DNA of 64,000 nt from an uncultured cyanobacterium (lineage in GTDB: Bacteria; Cyanobacteriota; Cyanobacteriia; Cyanobacteriales; Nostocaceae), in the NCBI GenBank assembly GCA_963740315.1, contig CAVUDP010000002.1:2016001-2080000 (forward strand), read 5' to 3'. Positions 33,278 through 42,849 of this stretch are shown here, one piece after another. The notes below the pieces were generated by a model that saw only the letters and a program-made list of their open reading frames with translations, did not search any database and was not told where the DNA came from. Made by a program: the position numbers and the translations under genes. Each line of letters starts with the position of its first letter. Positions within the stretch are counted from its first letter, which is position 1.

Positions 33278-33356
33278 TTTGATGCAGAGTACGAATAACT
33301 ACTTTAAATAAGTTTACAATCACTCGTACAGAAGCTGCATTTAGATTTGGTAATCA

Positions 33357-33450
33357 AGGTTCGTAGTAAGGACTTTAGTCCTGTGATATCCAAGGTTCGT
33401 AGTAAGGACTTTAGTCCTGTGATATCAGGGCTGAAGCCCTTACTACAAAC
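33357..33450. repeat. REP-like GGTTCGTAGTAAGG...CCTTACTAC element with duplicated 36-bp left arm
   Basis: AAGGTTCGTAGTAAGGACTTTAGTCCTGTGATATC occurs twice; family members near 21028-21086 and 39317-39418. Confidence 0.8.
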
Positions 33451-33451
33451 T

Positions 33452-33706
33452 TTACTCAGATTCACCCGATTGTTGTAGTTGAGTGTGAGTTTCTACGGAT
33501 TCTATATATTGACTATCCAAGAGAAATGCACCATTAGCGAAGCGGATGCCCCAGTATCCGCCGGGGCGGCGGTCAAGTACGATACCTTCCTCACCCACAT
33601 GAATGATATCGGGAGGGCGCAGCATGGGCATGGGTTCGGCAGACTTAATATAAGGTGGTAGCGCTACGACACGGACTTTACTACCAATAGCAAATTCTTC
33701 AGACAT
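33452..33706 (-). CDS. sipA: SipA family regulatory protein (NblS-interacting, DUF3148)
   Basis: PPYIKSAEPMPMLRPPD...GEEGIVLDRRP..YWGIRF..GAFLLD pattern. Confidence 0.85.
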   Translation of the reverse strand: MSEEFAIGSKVRVVALPPYIKSAEPMPMLRPPDIIHVGEEGIVLDRRPGGYWGIRFANGAFLLDSQYIESVETHTQLQQSGESE

Positions 33707-33841
33707 AGTTGGGAGTTGGGAATTAGGAATTACTTAACAGTTTAATACCGCTTTAGCTTGTCTCCTCATCACCTATCTTAAATCCTCAGTATTTCGGTAA
33801 TCTAGTACGGGGAAAGTACTAAAAACAATAATATTTTGATT

Positions 33842-34168
33842 ATGCTGTCAAATAGTTTGTATCTTGTATACGGATTGCTTGCTATTATTTTGGTTTTCGG
33901 CGCAATAATTGGCTTTTTACGCTTTTTGTTTGCGTCGATTTATGCTGGTGGAAATTCTAAAGATGAGGTGCTTTTAGAATTAATGCAACGAGCGGGTATT
34001 CCTAACTGGGTTACTTTACAGCAAAAATCGGGTGTCAGCAGTACCGTGATTTGGCTGTTGCGTGACGGACAAGGAGATTCGGTTAAGTTAAGTGAATTAA
34101 CGGATGTTGGGAAGGCTATGCAGTTACCTTTGCCGGTTTTTTTACAAAAGATGGGTTTGATTGAGTAA
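33842..34168 (+). CDS. small membrane-anchored protein with Cro/C1-like HTH
   Basis: N-terminal TM, then LMQRAGI..W..LQQKSGVS...IWLLRDG helix-turn-helix pattern. Confidence 0.65.
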   Translation: MLSNSLYLVYGLLAIILVFGAIIGFLRFLFASIYAGGNSKDEVLLELMQRAGIPNWVTLQQKSGVSSTVIWLLRDGQGDSVKLSELTDVGKAMQLPLPVFLQKMGLIE

Positions 34169-34365
34169 TAAGTGAGGGGGGAGATGGGGAGATGGGGAGA
34201 TGGGGAGATGGGGAGAGGGGGAGATGGGGAGACAAGGGGACAAGGGGACAAGGGGACAAGGGAACAAGGAGTATTAAAAACTCTTAACTCCTAATTCCTA
34301 ACTGCTCACTGTTAACTGTTCACTGTTTTTGGGGAAAGCTGGTATTAGCGGAATATAAAAAAGCT

Positions 34366-35754
34366 ATGCCAGAACCCCAGGAGCCGCGAGAATATGATGC
34401 CGTACTCGGTGGTAAGAATCCACCTTTACCTCATAGTGCAGTTTTGGGTGGTATTGAAGGTGTTAAGCGTCGTCTCGGTAGTAAGGTTGTTGAGGTTAGA
34501 GTTGCAGCGCTTCGTGATGCTTTGAATTATGGTGATGCTGGTTTGGATTTGGTTATAGAAGCTTTGGATGATGATTCAACGCTGGTAGAAGATGCAGCAG
34601 TTGAGTTGTTACGCACGAGCAAAAAAAATAAAGCTAAATTAGCGCTACTAACAAACTTACTAAAAATCCAACCACAAAATGCTCATGATTACGATAAACG
34701 CGGTTTGATGCGGCAACAGTTGGGAGATTTGGAAGGGGCGATCGCTGATTTTTCTGAGGCTTTTTCCAGGCTTGATTATCCCAATTTTCTCTATAATCGG
34801 GGATTTTGTCGTCAACAGTTGGGAGATATGCAAGGAGCAATTGCTGATTACAATAGAACAATTTTTTTAAGGAGCAATCAATATCCAGATGTTTATATGG
34901 GAAGGGCGCGGACAAATCAATATCCAGATGCTTATATGGGAAGGGCGCGGACAAATACAACTTTAGGTAATTACCAAGAAGCAATTGAAGATTACAATTT
35001 TATAATTGAAAGTAATTTTAATAAAAATAAAACCTTAAAAGCACTGGCTTATCACTATCGCGGTGCGATTTACGATATTTTAGAAAACTATCAACAAGCA
35101 ATTGCCGACGCAAATCAAGCTATCGAACTCAAGTACGATAATTTAGAGCAAACTTATGAAAATCGGGGAATATCTCGATACAAGCTTGGAGATTTTCAAG
35201 GTGCGATCGCCGATTTTACTCAGTCGATCGCAATTAATCCTAATTACCATCGTGTTTATCACAGCCAGGGATTTGTGAAAAGCGCAATGGGAAATCATCA
35301 AGAAGCGATCGCGGATTTTAAGAAGGCGATCGCAATTAATCCCAATTATCTTGATGCTTATATCTCGCGTGCGGTAAGTCGGGCTAATTCAGGAGATTTT
35401 ATCGGCGCTATTTCCGATTTTTCACGAACTATTGAATCAAATCCTCAAGATATTGAAATTTATTATTATTACCGAGGGGTTTGCCATTTATCGCGAAAGG
35501 ATTATCCCAATGCAATTAAAGATTTTACCCAAGCTATAAATATTAATCCTAACTATCTTGATGCTTATTACAATCGCGGTTGCTGCTATTTTGATATTAA
35601 AAATTATCCTGCCGCTATAAATGATTTTAGTTTAGCAATTCAAATTAATCCTGAATATATCCAAGCTTATACTGCTAGAGGTAATGCTTATATTGCATTG
35701 GGAGAAATTACCAAAGCTGAATTTGATTTTCAAAAAGTTAATCAAGCTAAATAA
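34366..35754 (+). CDS. tetratricopeptide repeat protein with N-terminal HEAT-like module
   Basis: About 10 TPRs (NRG...LGD..GAIADF..AI.INP). Confidence 0.92.
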   Translation: MPEPQEPREYDAVLGGKNPPLPHSAVLGGIEGVKRRLGSKVVEVRVAALRDALNYGDAGLDLVIEALDDDSTLVEDAAVELLRTSKKNKAKLALLTNLLKIQPQNAHDYDKRGLMRQQLGDLEGAIADFSEAFSRLDYPNFLYNRGFCRQQLGDMQGAIADYNRTIFLRSNQYPDVYMGRARTNQYPDAYMGRARTNTTLGNYQEAIEDYNFIIESNFNKNKTLKALAYHYRGAIYDILENYQQAIADANQAIELKYDNLEQTYENRGISRYKLGDFQGAIADFTQSIAINPNYHRVYHSQGFVKSAMGNHQEAIADFKKAIAINPNYLDAYISRAVSRANSGDFIGAISDFSRTIESNPQDIEIYYYYRGVCHLSRKDYPNAIKDFTQAININPNYLDAYYNRGCCYFDIKNYPAAINDFSLAIQINPEYIQAYTARGNAYIALGEITKAEFDFQKVNQAK

Positions 35755-35887
35755 ATAATTCCCTTATACCGGCGGTTGAAACCGCGTCTACACAGGCAAA
35801 ACCCACCTGCGTGAGTTAATTAAATCAAATAAATAGTCAATTGGGTAAGATTTTGGGAATTTTGAAAAGTATAATTATTTTTGATTA

Positions 35888-36029
35888 AGAGGATGTTTCA
35901 AAAGTCATAAATAAAACTTGCAAACTTTGAGAACTCCCCTAAATCCCTCTTAAAAAGGGGGACTTGGAACCCCCCTTTTTAAGGGGGGAAGGGGGGATTC
36001 GAAACAGTACTTTAAAACCTAAACCTCTT
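35888..36029. mobile_element. degenerate MITE of the AGAGGATGTTT family
   Basis: Left end AGAGGATGTTTCAAAAGTCATAAATAAAAC and C/G hairpins match 57228-57383; right end degenerate. Confidence 0.7.
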
Positions 36030-36031
36030 CC

Positions 36032-37036
36032 CTACGGTACCTGCCAAATCCTTTTATGGTAGCTATCGATGTCTGCGTAGGGGTCTACGGGTGGGTGTGA
36101 ATGGTCGTGATGATGACCGTGGTGATGGTCGTGATGCCCGTGTCCGTGATTATCCGATACTGCGGCTCTGCGGAATTTACACATCTCACAATTCATCTTC
36201 ACTTCGCCGAGTTGAGTTTCTATTTCTCGCTCTCTGAGTACGGTTAATAATTCTGGCTGCAAACCGATTTCGGGTAAAGCAGTAATAGAAATATCTGGGT
36301 ATTGCTCTTGCTGTTGGGCTGTGATATCAAAGATTTTTTTCATTAAAGTCCCCATAAACAAGAAGTATGGTAAAACAATAATCCGCTTTGGTTGATATAA
36401 ACGAGCGCGTTGAAAGCCTTCTTCTAATCGCGGGTGCGTAATGCCGATAAAACAGGTTTCGACGGTGGAATAACCGCTACCTTCCCAAATAATTCGAGCT
36501 AATTTGTAGACATCGCCGTTGGCATCAGGATCGCTAGAACCTCTACCAACAAATAAAAGCACGGTATCTTGACGCGAAATTTGTTGGGGATTGTGTTCGG
36601 GTTTGTCCAACTCGGCTAAGCGATCGCGCCATAGTTCGATCAGTACGGGTGTAATTCCGAAATGTCTTCCGTAGTGAAATTTTAATTCGGGATATCTAAC
36701 TCTAGCGCGGTCTAATTCGTTGGTAATATCAAATTTATTGTGCCGTGCGGCAAACAGTAAAATTGGTAACGCGGAAAGTTCTGTATAGCCGTTTTTGATG
36801 CATTCGTCTACACCTTCTTGAATTGTAGGCTCGGTTAGTTCCAGAAAACAAGGTAATACCGGACGAGAATTGTCTAAAGCTTGGTAAGCGATCGCAAAAT
36901 CCAACAAAGCCTGCTTTCCTTGTGCGTCTCTGGTACCATGTCCAATCATCAACAAAGGACGCTTCATCGGTAAAGCAGGTAATTGCAGATTTGGATATTG
37001 TAATTTAGTAGAATTTGAACTATCAATAATTTGCAT
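36032..37036 (-). CDS. cbiX: sirohydrochlorin cobaltochelatase CbiX
   Basis: GHGTR, FLELTEP, LFAARH, GRGSSD, PYFLF and MNCEMCKF motifs; His-rich tail. Confidence 0.93.
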   Translation of the reverse strand: MQIIDSSNSTKLQYPNLQLPALPMKRPLLMIGHGTRDAQGKQALLDFAIAYQALDNSRPVLPCFLELTEPTIQEGVDECIKNGYTELSALPILLFAARHNKFDITNELDRARVRYPELKFHYGRHFGITPVLIELWRDRLAELDKPEHNPQQISRQDTVLLFVGRGSSDPDANGDVYKLARIIWEGSGYSTVETCFIGITHPRLEEGFQRARLYQPKRIIVLPYFLFMGTLMKKIFDITAQQQEQYPDISITALPEIGLQPELLTVLREREIETQLGEVKMNCEMCKFRRAAVSDNHGHGHHDHHHGHHHDHSHPPVDPYADIDSYHKRIWQVP

Positions 37037-37087
37037 TGTCTTAGTATGCCCCTATCCCGTGCAACGCAGGAAATAAAGTGAGCGAAT

Positions 37088-37237
37088 AACAGATAGGCGT
37101 TCTGGCTCAGCCGATTTTGGATTTTGGATTGCGGATTTTGGATTGATAATAATCTAAAATCTAAAATCTAAAATCTAAAATCCCCTTACAGTTGCGGCAC
37201 AGCCCCGGAATTGCACCGGAGTTTCCCTAATCTATTA
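37088..37237 (-). promoter_or_regulatory. cobalamin riboswitch upstream of cbiX
   Basis: Minus strand: AGGGAAACTCCGGTGCAATTCCGGGGCTGTGCCGCAACTGTAA ... GAGCCAGAACGCCT (B12 box); AATAGAT/ATCTGTT closing stem. Confidence 0.88.
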
Positions 37238-37428
37238 CGGTTCACGTTTGTTTAGTTATATTAGCCGAATCTGTTGCCATTGCGAAATGCACTGGTAGGG
37301 GATATGGAGATGGGGAGACAAGGAGATGGGGGGATGGGGAGACAAGGAGATGGGGAGATGGGGGGAAATTTTAACTTTTAACTCCTGACTGGTAACAAGT
37401 TACTGGTAACAAGTTACTGATTACTGGT

Positions 37429-37462
37429 AAAAATAAAAGTGGACAACATTAATATTGTCCAC
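37429..37462 (-). terminator. intrinsic terminator after Spy-like cluster
   Basis: GTGGACAA/TTGTCCAC stem followed by TTTTATTTT on the minus strand. Confidence 0.65.
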
Positions 37463-37495
37463 CTCAAATGCTGCTATCCAAATACAACTATTGAC

Positions 37496-37939
37496 TTATT
37501 TCTTTTGCTGTGGTGTTCTTTGTCTGCGTTGAGTAGCATTCCATTCTTGTATTTTCTTCAATTGTTCGGGATTTAAGAGTGCGTATATTTTTTCCTGCGA
37601 CTGTTGCATAATCTTTCGCAATTGCTTTTCCTGTGCGGTGCTAAATTTAACCTCGCTCAAAACTTGTCGGGGATTCTTACCAGCTTCTAAATCTTTTTTG
37701 ATTTTTTCAGTTTGTGCTGCTGTCAGAGTTTGCTGCATCTGGATACTGCGATCGGCAAGAATTTTATTGATCTGAGTCATTTGCTCTTGGGTGAGCTTCA
37801 ATTCTGAGGCACTTGGAGGACGAGCTTGAGAAATCTTTTGTGGTGCATCAGAATTCACTTGGGCGTTTGCAGCTAGGGGAGTGATACTAAAAGCAACAGC
37901 GATCGCACCAGCTAAGAGAGATAGTTTTTTAAGCTTCAT
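37496..37939 (-). CDS. Spy/CpxP-like periplasmic protein (LTXXQ motifs), copy 1
   Basis: Signal peptide MKLKKLSLLAGAIA...ANA; LTQEQ, LTAAQ and LNPEQ motifs. Confidence 0.8.
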   Translation of the reverse strand: MKLKKLSLLAGAIAVAFSITPLAANAQVNSDAPQKISQARPPSASELKLTQEQMTQINKILADRSIQMQQTLTAAQTEKIKKDLEAGKNPRQVLSEVKFSTAQEKQLRKIMQQSQEKIYALLNPEQLKKIQEWNATQRRQRTPQQKK

Positions 37940-38166
37940 TAAATGCCTCGTGGATTTATCCTTTTTCATGTAACCATTATAGAAACTCATTGCCCTAAGC
38001 CCATGAGTATAATCCCAGGTAAATTGGATTTTTCTATTTTGGTTTTTTCTACCTTAGCAGAATTTTAAAAAGAAAAAGAAAAAGGAAGTGTCGAATCCCT
38101 TTTTCTTCAAGGAGCATGAAAAATCTAAGTATTTTAAGAAATTTATTTTTATTTAAATCTAATTAA

Positions 38167-38631
38167 TTAGGTGGAGGTTTGTTGACGGTTGCCGCGACGG
38201 TTTTGGCGCATTTGCTTCATTTCTTGCATAGTCGCTTTTTGTTCGTCAGTTAGAATCGCTTCAATTTCTACTTTCTTGGATTCTCTAACTTTCTTCATAT
38301 CCGCTTTTTGAGCGTCGGTTAGATTTAAAGTACGCCATACTCCGCGTTTCTTTTGTCCGCTGGCTTTAGCTGCTTCTAATTGTTGTAACTGTGCCGGAGT
38401 TAAGATTTTCTCCATATCAGCACGAGCGGTTTCTTTGATTTGCTGCATTTTAGTTTTTTGCTCGTCAGTCAAATTTAAGCGGTTAAATTTACCTTCTCCT
38501 TTGTTTCCTTTTGCTCTAGCAACTACTACAGAATTGTTGGAACTGGTTTCGACGTTAGCAAATGCAGCACCTGCGGTACCTACAGTCAAAATAGCGGCAA
38601 GAATTAAGGATGTACGTTTGAGATTCAACAT
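38167..38631 (-). CDS. Spy/CpxP-like periplasmic protein, copy 2
   Basis: Signal peptide ending AFA; LTDEQ, LTPAQ, LTDAQ and LTDEQ motifs. Confidence 0.85.
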   Translation of the reverse strand: MLNLKRTSLILAAILTVGTAGAAFANVETSSNNSVVVARAKGNKGEGKFNRLNLTDEQKTKMQQIKETARADMEKILTPAQLQQLEAAKASGQKKRGVWRTLNLTDAQKADMKKVRESKKVEIEAILTDEQKATMQEMKQMRQNRRGNRQQTST

Positions 38632-39030
38632 GGTTGGTTTGTTCCTAGTAAAATAATTTGGTAGTTTAATATGGCGGCAGGTAAGATACCTGCCTTGTTT
38701 GAGCTACTTTAAATCTTAGCTAGCGGATTGTTGTTGACGGTTGCCGCGACGGTTTTGGCGCATTTGCTTCATTTCTTGCATAGTCGCTTTTTGTTCGTCA
38801 GTTAGAATCGCTTCAATTTCTACTTTCTTGGATTCTCTAACTTTCTTCATATCCGCTTTTTGAGCGTCGGTTAGATTTAAAGTACGCCATACTCCGCGTT
38901 TCTTTTGTCCGCTGGCTTTAGCTGCTTCTAATTGTTGTAACTGTGCCGGAGTTAAGATTTTCTCCATATCAGCACGAGCGGTTTCTTTGATTTGCTGCAT
39001 TTTAGTTTTTTGCTCGTCAGTCAAATTTAA
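38179..39030. repeat. 300-bp identical direct repeat (38179-38478 and 38731-39030)
   Basis: No mismatch on base-by-base reading; offset 552 bp. Confidence 0.93.
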
Positions 39031-39174
39031 CTTATCCTTCCAGCCACCTTGCTTTTTACCTTGAGCAACGATAGTGGATGAAGAAGAACTAATATCAGCT
39101 TGGGCAGCAAAAGGAATTGCACTCAAAGTCAAAGCGATCGCACCGGCTAAGAAAGATAGTTTTTTCAATTTCAT
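38716..39174 (-). CDS. Spy/CpxP-like periplasmic protein, copy 3
   Basis: Signal peptide MKLKKLSFLAGAIA...AQA; same LTXXQ core as copy 2. Confidence 0.85.
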   Translation of the reverse strand: MKLKKLSFLAGAIALTLSAIPFAAQADISSSSSTIVAQGKKQGGWKDKLNLTDEQKTKMQQIKETARADMEKILTPAQLQQLEAAKASGQKKRGVWRTLNLTDAQKADMKKVRESKKVEIEAILTDEQKATMQEMKQMRQNRRGNRQQQSAS

Positions 39175-39273
39175 CTAAGTTTTCCTGGGTTTGTTTTGTT
39201 CGATGTCACCATCATAGAATGGCAGCCTCAGTAATCACATGAGTAAAAAGTAACGAGTACGCAGATACAAATA

Positions 39274-39314
39274 TATAGATAAAGTCATATATCAAACCAT
39301 TACTTTAGTCATGG
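39274..39314. promoter_or_regulatory. candidate NarL-regulator operator (CCATGACTAAAGTAATGG plus TATGACTTT on minus strand)
   Basis: Imperfect palindrome at 39297-39314 and a second ATGACT site 24 bp away; matches the 14744 boxes. Confidence 0.6.
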
Positions 39315-39531
39315 TAAGGTTCGTAGTAAGTGCTTTAGCACTAAATCCAAGGACTAAAAAGGTTTGTAGTAAGTGCTTGGGCACTAAATCCGAGGACTAA
39401 AGTCCTTACTACGAACCTATTAAAATTAATTGGTCGTTCGGTATCCAGGCTCGTATTAGCGATCGTTGCAAATGGTGCAAAATGTGTAGAATAAACTAAA
39501 AATATTACCGATAATTGATAATTGAGAACTT

Positions 39532-40752
39532 ATGAACCGTGCTATTGACGTAAAAAATCATCCTTTTAAGTTTTTACTTTATTTAGAGTGGGTTTTACTT
39601 GGATTTGCTGCGATCGCTTCAATATTACCTCCTTTTCAGCGATTTCCTACAAGATTTCCAGAATTAACAGTTATTAGTTTAACTATTTTTGGTTTAATGG
39701 GTTTAAGATTACCTATTAATAATAATAAAAACAAAATTATCTATACAGCTTTTGAAATTTTCTTAATTTTAATTACTAACTTTTTTGGTGGTAGAACGTC
39801 ACGACTGTTTCCATTTCTTAATTTAATATTAGTAACTCGCAGTTGCTTAATTTTCCAACTTCCCGGACGCTTAGTTGTTACAGGGCTTTCTTTCTCGTTA
39901 TTTTTAATCAAATTTATCAGGTGGTTCCCTAATGTATCACCTAGAAGATTACAAAGGATATGGTTTTTTCAATTTAGCTTTGTAATATTATTTATATTAG
40001 CTTTGGTTTTTATTTTACTATTAATGAATGCGGTACTTTCCGAACGGCAAAGTCGGGAAAAATTAACTGCTGCGAATGAAAAACTACGTCAATATGCTTT
40101 AAAAATCGAAAATCAAGCTACTCTCGAAGAAAGAAACCGTATTGCCAGAGAAATTCACGATTCTTTGGGACATTCTCTAACAGCTTTAAACCTACAATTA
40201 GAAACTGCCACTAAATTATTAAATACTAATCCAGAAAAAGCCAGAGATTTTTTAATCCGAGCTAAAGAATTAGGTTCTCAAGCACTAAAAGATGTCCGAG
40301 AATCTGTTTCTACAATGCGTTCTAATCCTTTACAAGAGGAATCTTTAGAAAAAGCAATTACCGTGCTTGTCCAAGATTTTAGTCATTCTACAAATATTAA
40401 ACTCAATTATCAAATCAATTGCTTTTATGGTACACCCCGCGATATAAGTACAGCTATTTATCGAATTATTCAAGAGTCGCTGACAAACATTTCTAAATAT
40501 GCAAAAGCATCAGTTGTTAACTTAGAATTAACTACAACAGCGACAAATTTACATTTACTGATTCAAGATAACGGCAAAGGTTTTGACGTAACCCAAAATA
40601 CTACAGGTTTCGGACTTTACAGTATGCGCGATCGCACTTTAGCTTTGGAAGGTAATTTTAATATTGAAAGCCTTCCCGGAAAAGGTACTAAAATTATAGT
40701 TGATATTCCTTTATCTAGATTTTCGCTAAATAGTTTTGAAGGGAATACATAG
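39532..40752 (+). CDS. membrane sensor histidine kinase, HisKA_3 type
   Basis: ERNRIAREIHDSLGH, QESLTNISKYA, DNGKGF and GFGL motifs; multi-TM. Confidence 0.95.
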   Translation: MNRAIDVKNHPFKFLLYLEWVLLGFAAIASILPPFQRFPTRFPELTVISLTIFGLMGLRLPINNNKNKIIYTAFEIFLILITNFFGGRTSRLFPFLNLILVTRSCLIFQLPGRLVVTGLSFSLFLIKFIRWFPNVSPRRLQRIWFFQFSFVILFILALVFILLLMNAVLSERQSREKLTAANEKLRQYALKIENQATLEERNRIAREIHDSLGHSLTALNLQLETATKLLNTNPEKARDFLIRAKELGSQALKDVRESVSTMRSNPLQEESLEKAITVLVQDFSHSTNIKLNYQINCFYGTPRDISTAIYRIIQESLTNISKYAKASVVNLELTTTATNLHLLIQDNGKGFDVTQNTTGFGLYSMRDRTLALEGNFNIESLPGKGTKIIVDIPLSRFSLNSFEGNT

Positions 40753-40783
40753 GTTTGACAATACTGTATATAAATATTAAATT

Positions 40784-41437
40784 ATGATTAAAGTATTATT
40801 AGTAGACGATCAACATTTAATTCGCCAAGGTTTAAAAACTTTACTAGAATTAGAATCCGATTTAGAAATTGTCGGGGAAGCAGAAAACGGAGAAGAAGCG
40901 GTAGCAATGGTTGAAGAATTGCAGCCGAATGTTGTATTAATGGATATCAGAATGCCTAGAATGGATGGTGTTGCTGCAACCCAAGAGATAAAGCAAAAGT
41001 TTGCACAAACGAAAATTTTAGTATTAACAACCTTTGATGATGATGAATATATTAAAGCAGCATTGCAAAATGGAGCAATGGGTTATTTACTCAAAGATAC
41101 ACCTTCAGAAGAATTAGCTGTTGCAATTCGCGCCGTACATCGAGGATACACTCAATTGGGACCGGGAATTGTTAAAAAGCTTTTAACCCAATTTCCCGCA
41201 ACTACAACTCAACCATCTTCCCCACCACCAAATTTAGCCGAGCTAACAAAAAGAGAAAAAGAAGTGTTGCGCTTGATTGCAACTGGTGCAAATAACCGGG
41301 AAATTGCCGAAAAACTCTATATTTCTGAAGGTACGGTTAAAAATCACGTTACTAATATTTTAAATCGCTTAGAATTACGCGATCGCACTCAAGCAGCAAT
41401 TTTTGCAAATTCGTTTATATCTTATTTAAACGATTGA
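40784..41437 (+). CDS. NarL/LuxR-family response regulator
   Basis: [28 protein letters not shown]...SEGTVKNHV. Confidence 0.95.
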   Translation: MIKVLLVDDQHLIRQGLKTLLELESDLEIVGEAENGEEAVAMVEELQPNVVLMDIRMPRMDGVAATQEIKQKFAQTKILVLTTFDDDEYIKAALQNGAMGYLLKDTPSEELAVAIRAVHRGYTQLGPGIVKKLLTQFPATTTQPSSPPPNLAELTKREKEVLRLIATGANNREIAEKLYISEGTVKNHVTNILNRLELRDRTQAAIFANSFISYLND

Positions 41438-41594
41438 AAGCTATCCTTTTGAACCAAATTCTGGCTTTTATCCCCCCTTCCGCCCAAATTAGCGGGGGAT
41501 CTCAAAAGTGATTAACTTAGTGAAAATTTGAGATATATTTGGCATCATTTAAGTTGTCATAGTACCAATTCTCGAATATATCACTTAATTTAAT

Positions 41595-42371
41595 ATGTTA
41601 ATCACTAGAGAAAATACAGACTTCTATTTAAAAGACTTACAAACACCATTAGGTAAAGCAATTAATCTCGTAATTGTAATCTTAGTGATGCTGTCTTCAG
41701 GAATTTTTGTTGCAGAAACATACCAGATTCCTGAATCTATAAGCTTTATTCTCAATATTATTGATACATTAATTTTAATTATTTTTGCCGCTGAATATTT
41801 AATCCGCTTGTGGAGTGCTGAAAATCGAATTCAGTATATTTTTAGTTTCTACTCTATTATTGATTTAATCGCAATACTACCGTTTTTTACGGGAGCGATC
41901 GATATTAGGTTTATCCGTCTATTAAGATGGTTCCGAATTTTACGATTAATTAGATATCTCGATCGAAAATTCTTATTCAAAAACGTCACTACCGAAGACG
42001 GCGCTATTTTTACACGCATATTATTTACTTTATTTGCAATTATCTTTGTCTACTCCGGCTTAATTTATCAAGTAGAACATCCTGTAAATCCACAAGTTTT
42101 TAGTACTTTTGTGGATGCAATGTATTTTTGTATCGTCACAATGACAACTGTAGGTTTTGGTGACGTGACTCCAATTTCAGAAATTGGTCGTCTTTTAACA
42201 GTCTTAATGATTTTAACAGGTATCGCGTTGATTCCCTGGCAAGTGGGGGAATTGATTAAGCAAATAGTTAAAACCACAAATGAAGTAGAAATAATTTGCT
42301 GTGGATGTGGTTTAGATTTGCATGATAAAAATGCTAAATTTTGTAAAATATGCGGGACAAAATTACCGTAG
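41595..42371 (+). CDS. voltage-gated-type potassium channel (ion transporter)
   Basis: S4-like RFIRLLRWFRILRLIR, filter TMTTVGFGD, C-terminal CxxC...CxxC. Confidence 0.9.
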   Translation: MLITRENTDFYLKDLQTPLGKAINLVIVILVMLSSGIFVAETYQIPESISFILNIIDTLILIIFAAEYLIRLWSAENRIQYIFSFYSIIDLIAILPFFTGAIDIRFIRLLRWFRILRLIRYLDRKFLFKNVTTEDGAIFTRILFTLFAIIFVYSGLIYQVEHPVNPQVFSTFVDAMYFCIVTMTTVGFGDVTPISEIGRLLTVLMILTGIALIPWQVGELIKQIVKTTNEVEIICCGCGLDLHDKNAKFCKICGTKLP

Positions 42372-42421
42372 TAAATATTACTATAATTTCATAAATATTT
42401 CCAAATACCTAATATAAAAAG

Positions 42422-42684
42422 CCGCGATCGCAATATGCGGCATTATTAGTCAAAGCGTTTAATCCCGAACCTTTACGCGAATCGATTCAATTCCAGGATG
42501 TCAAAGAAAACGAAGTAGCAACAGCCACTCAAAATCAACTTATCGTCAACTCAAAATTAACAAACTCAACCCCAATCAGCCAGCAACCCGCGCCGAAGTT
42601 GCGGTAATGATTTATCAATTATTAATTCAACAGCGAAAAGTAAGGGAGATTAATTCACCTTATATCGTTGGAGGTTGGGAATAG
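42422..42684 (+). pseudogene. remnant of S-layer homology (SLH) domain gene
   Basis: RSQYAALLVKAFNP...FQDV, then after a frameshift LNPNQPATRAEVAVMIYQ...SPYIV; no start, internal deletion. Confidence 0.75.
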
Positions 42685-42849
42685 GGGATTGGGACAGGTT
42701 AAAGGGGAAAGGTTAAAGGTTAAAGGTTAAAGGTTAAAGGTTAAAATTATTTTTATCTCCTTGTCCCCTTGTCCCCTTGTCCCCTTCTCCCCCCATCTCC
42801 CCATCTCCCCCTCTCCCCCTCTCCCCATCTCCCCCTCTCCCCTCTTCTT

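Noticed and set aside
38179..39030. 300-bp repeat as a DGR template/variable pair
   Set aside because: No adenine-specific mismatches and no reverse transcriptase in the window.
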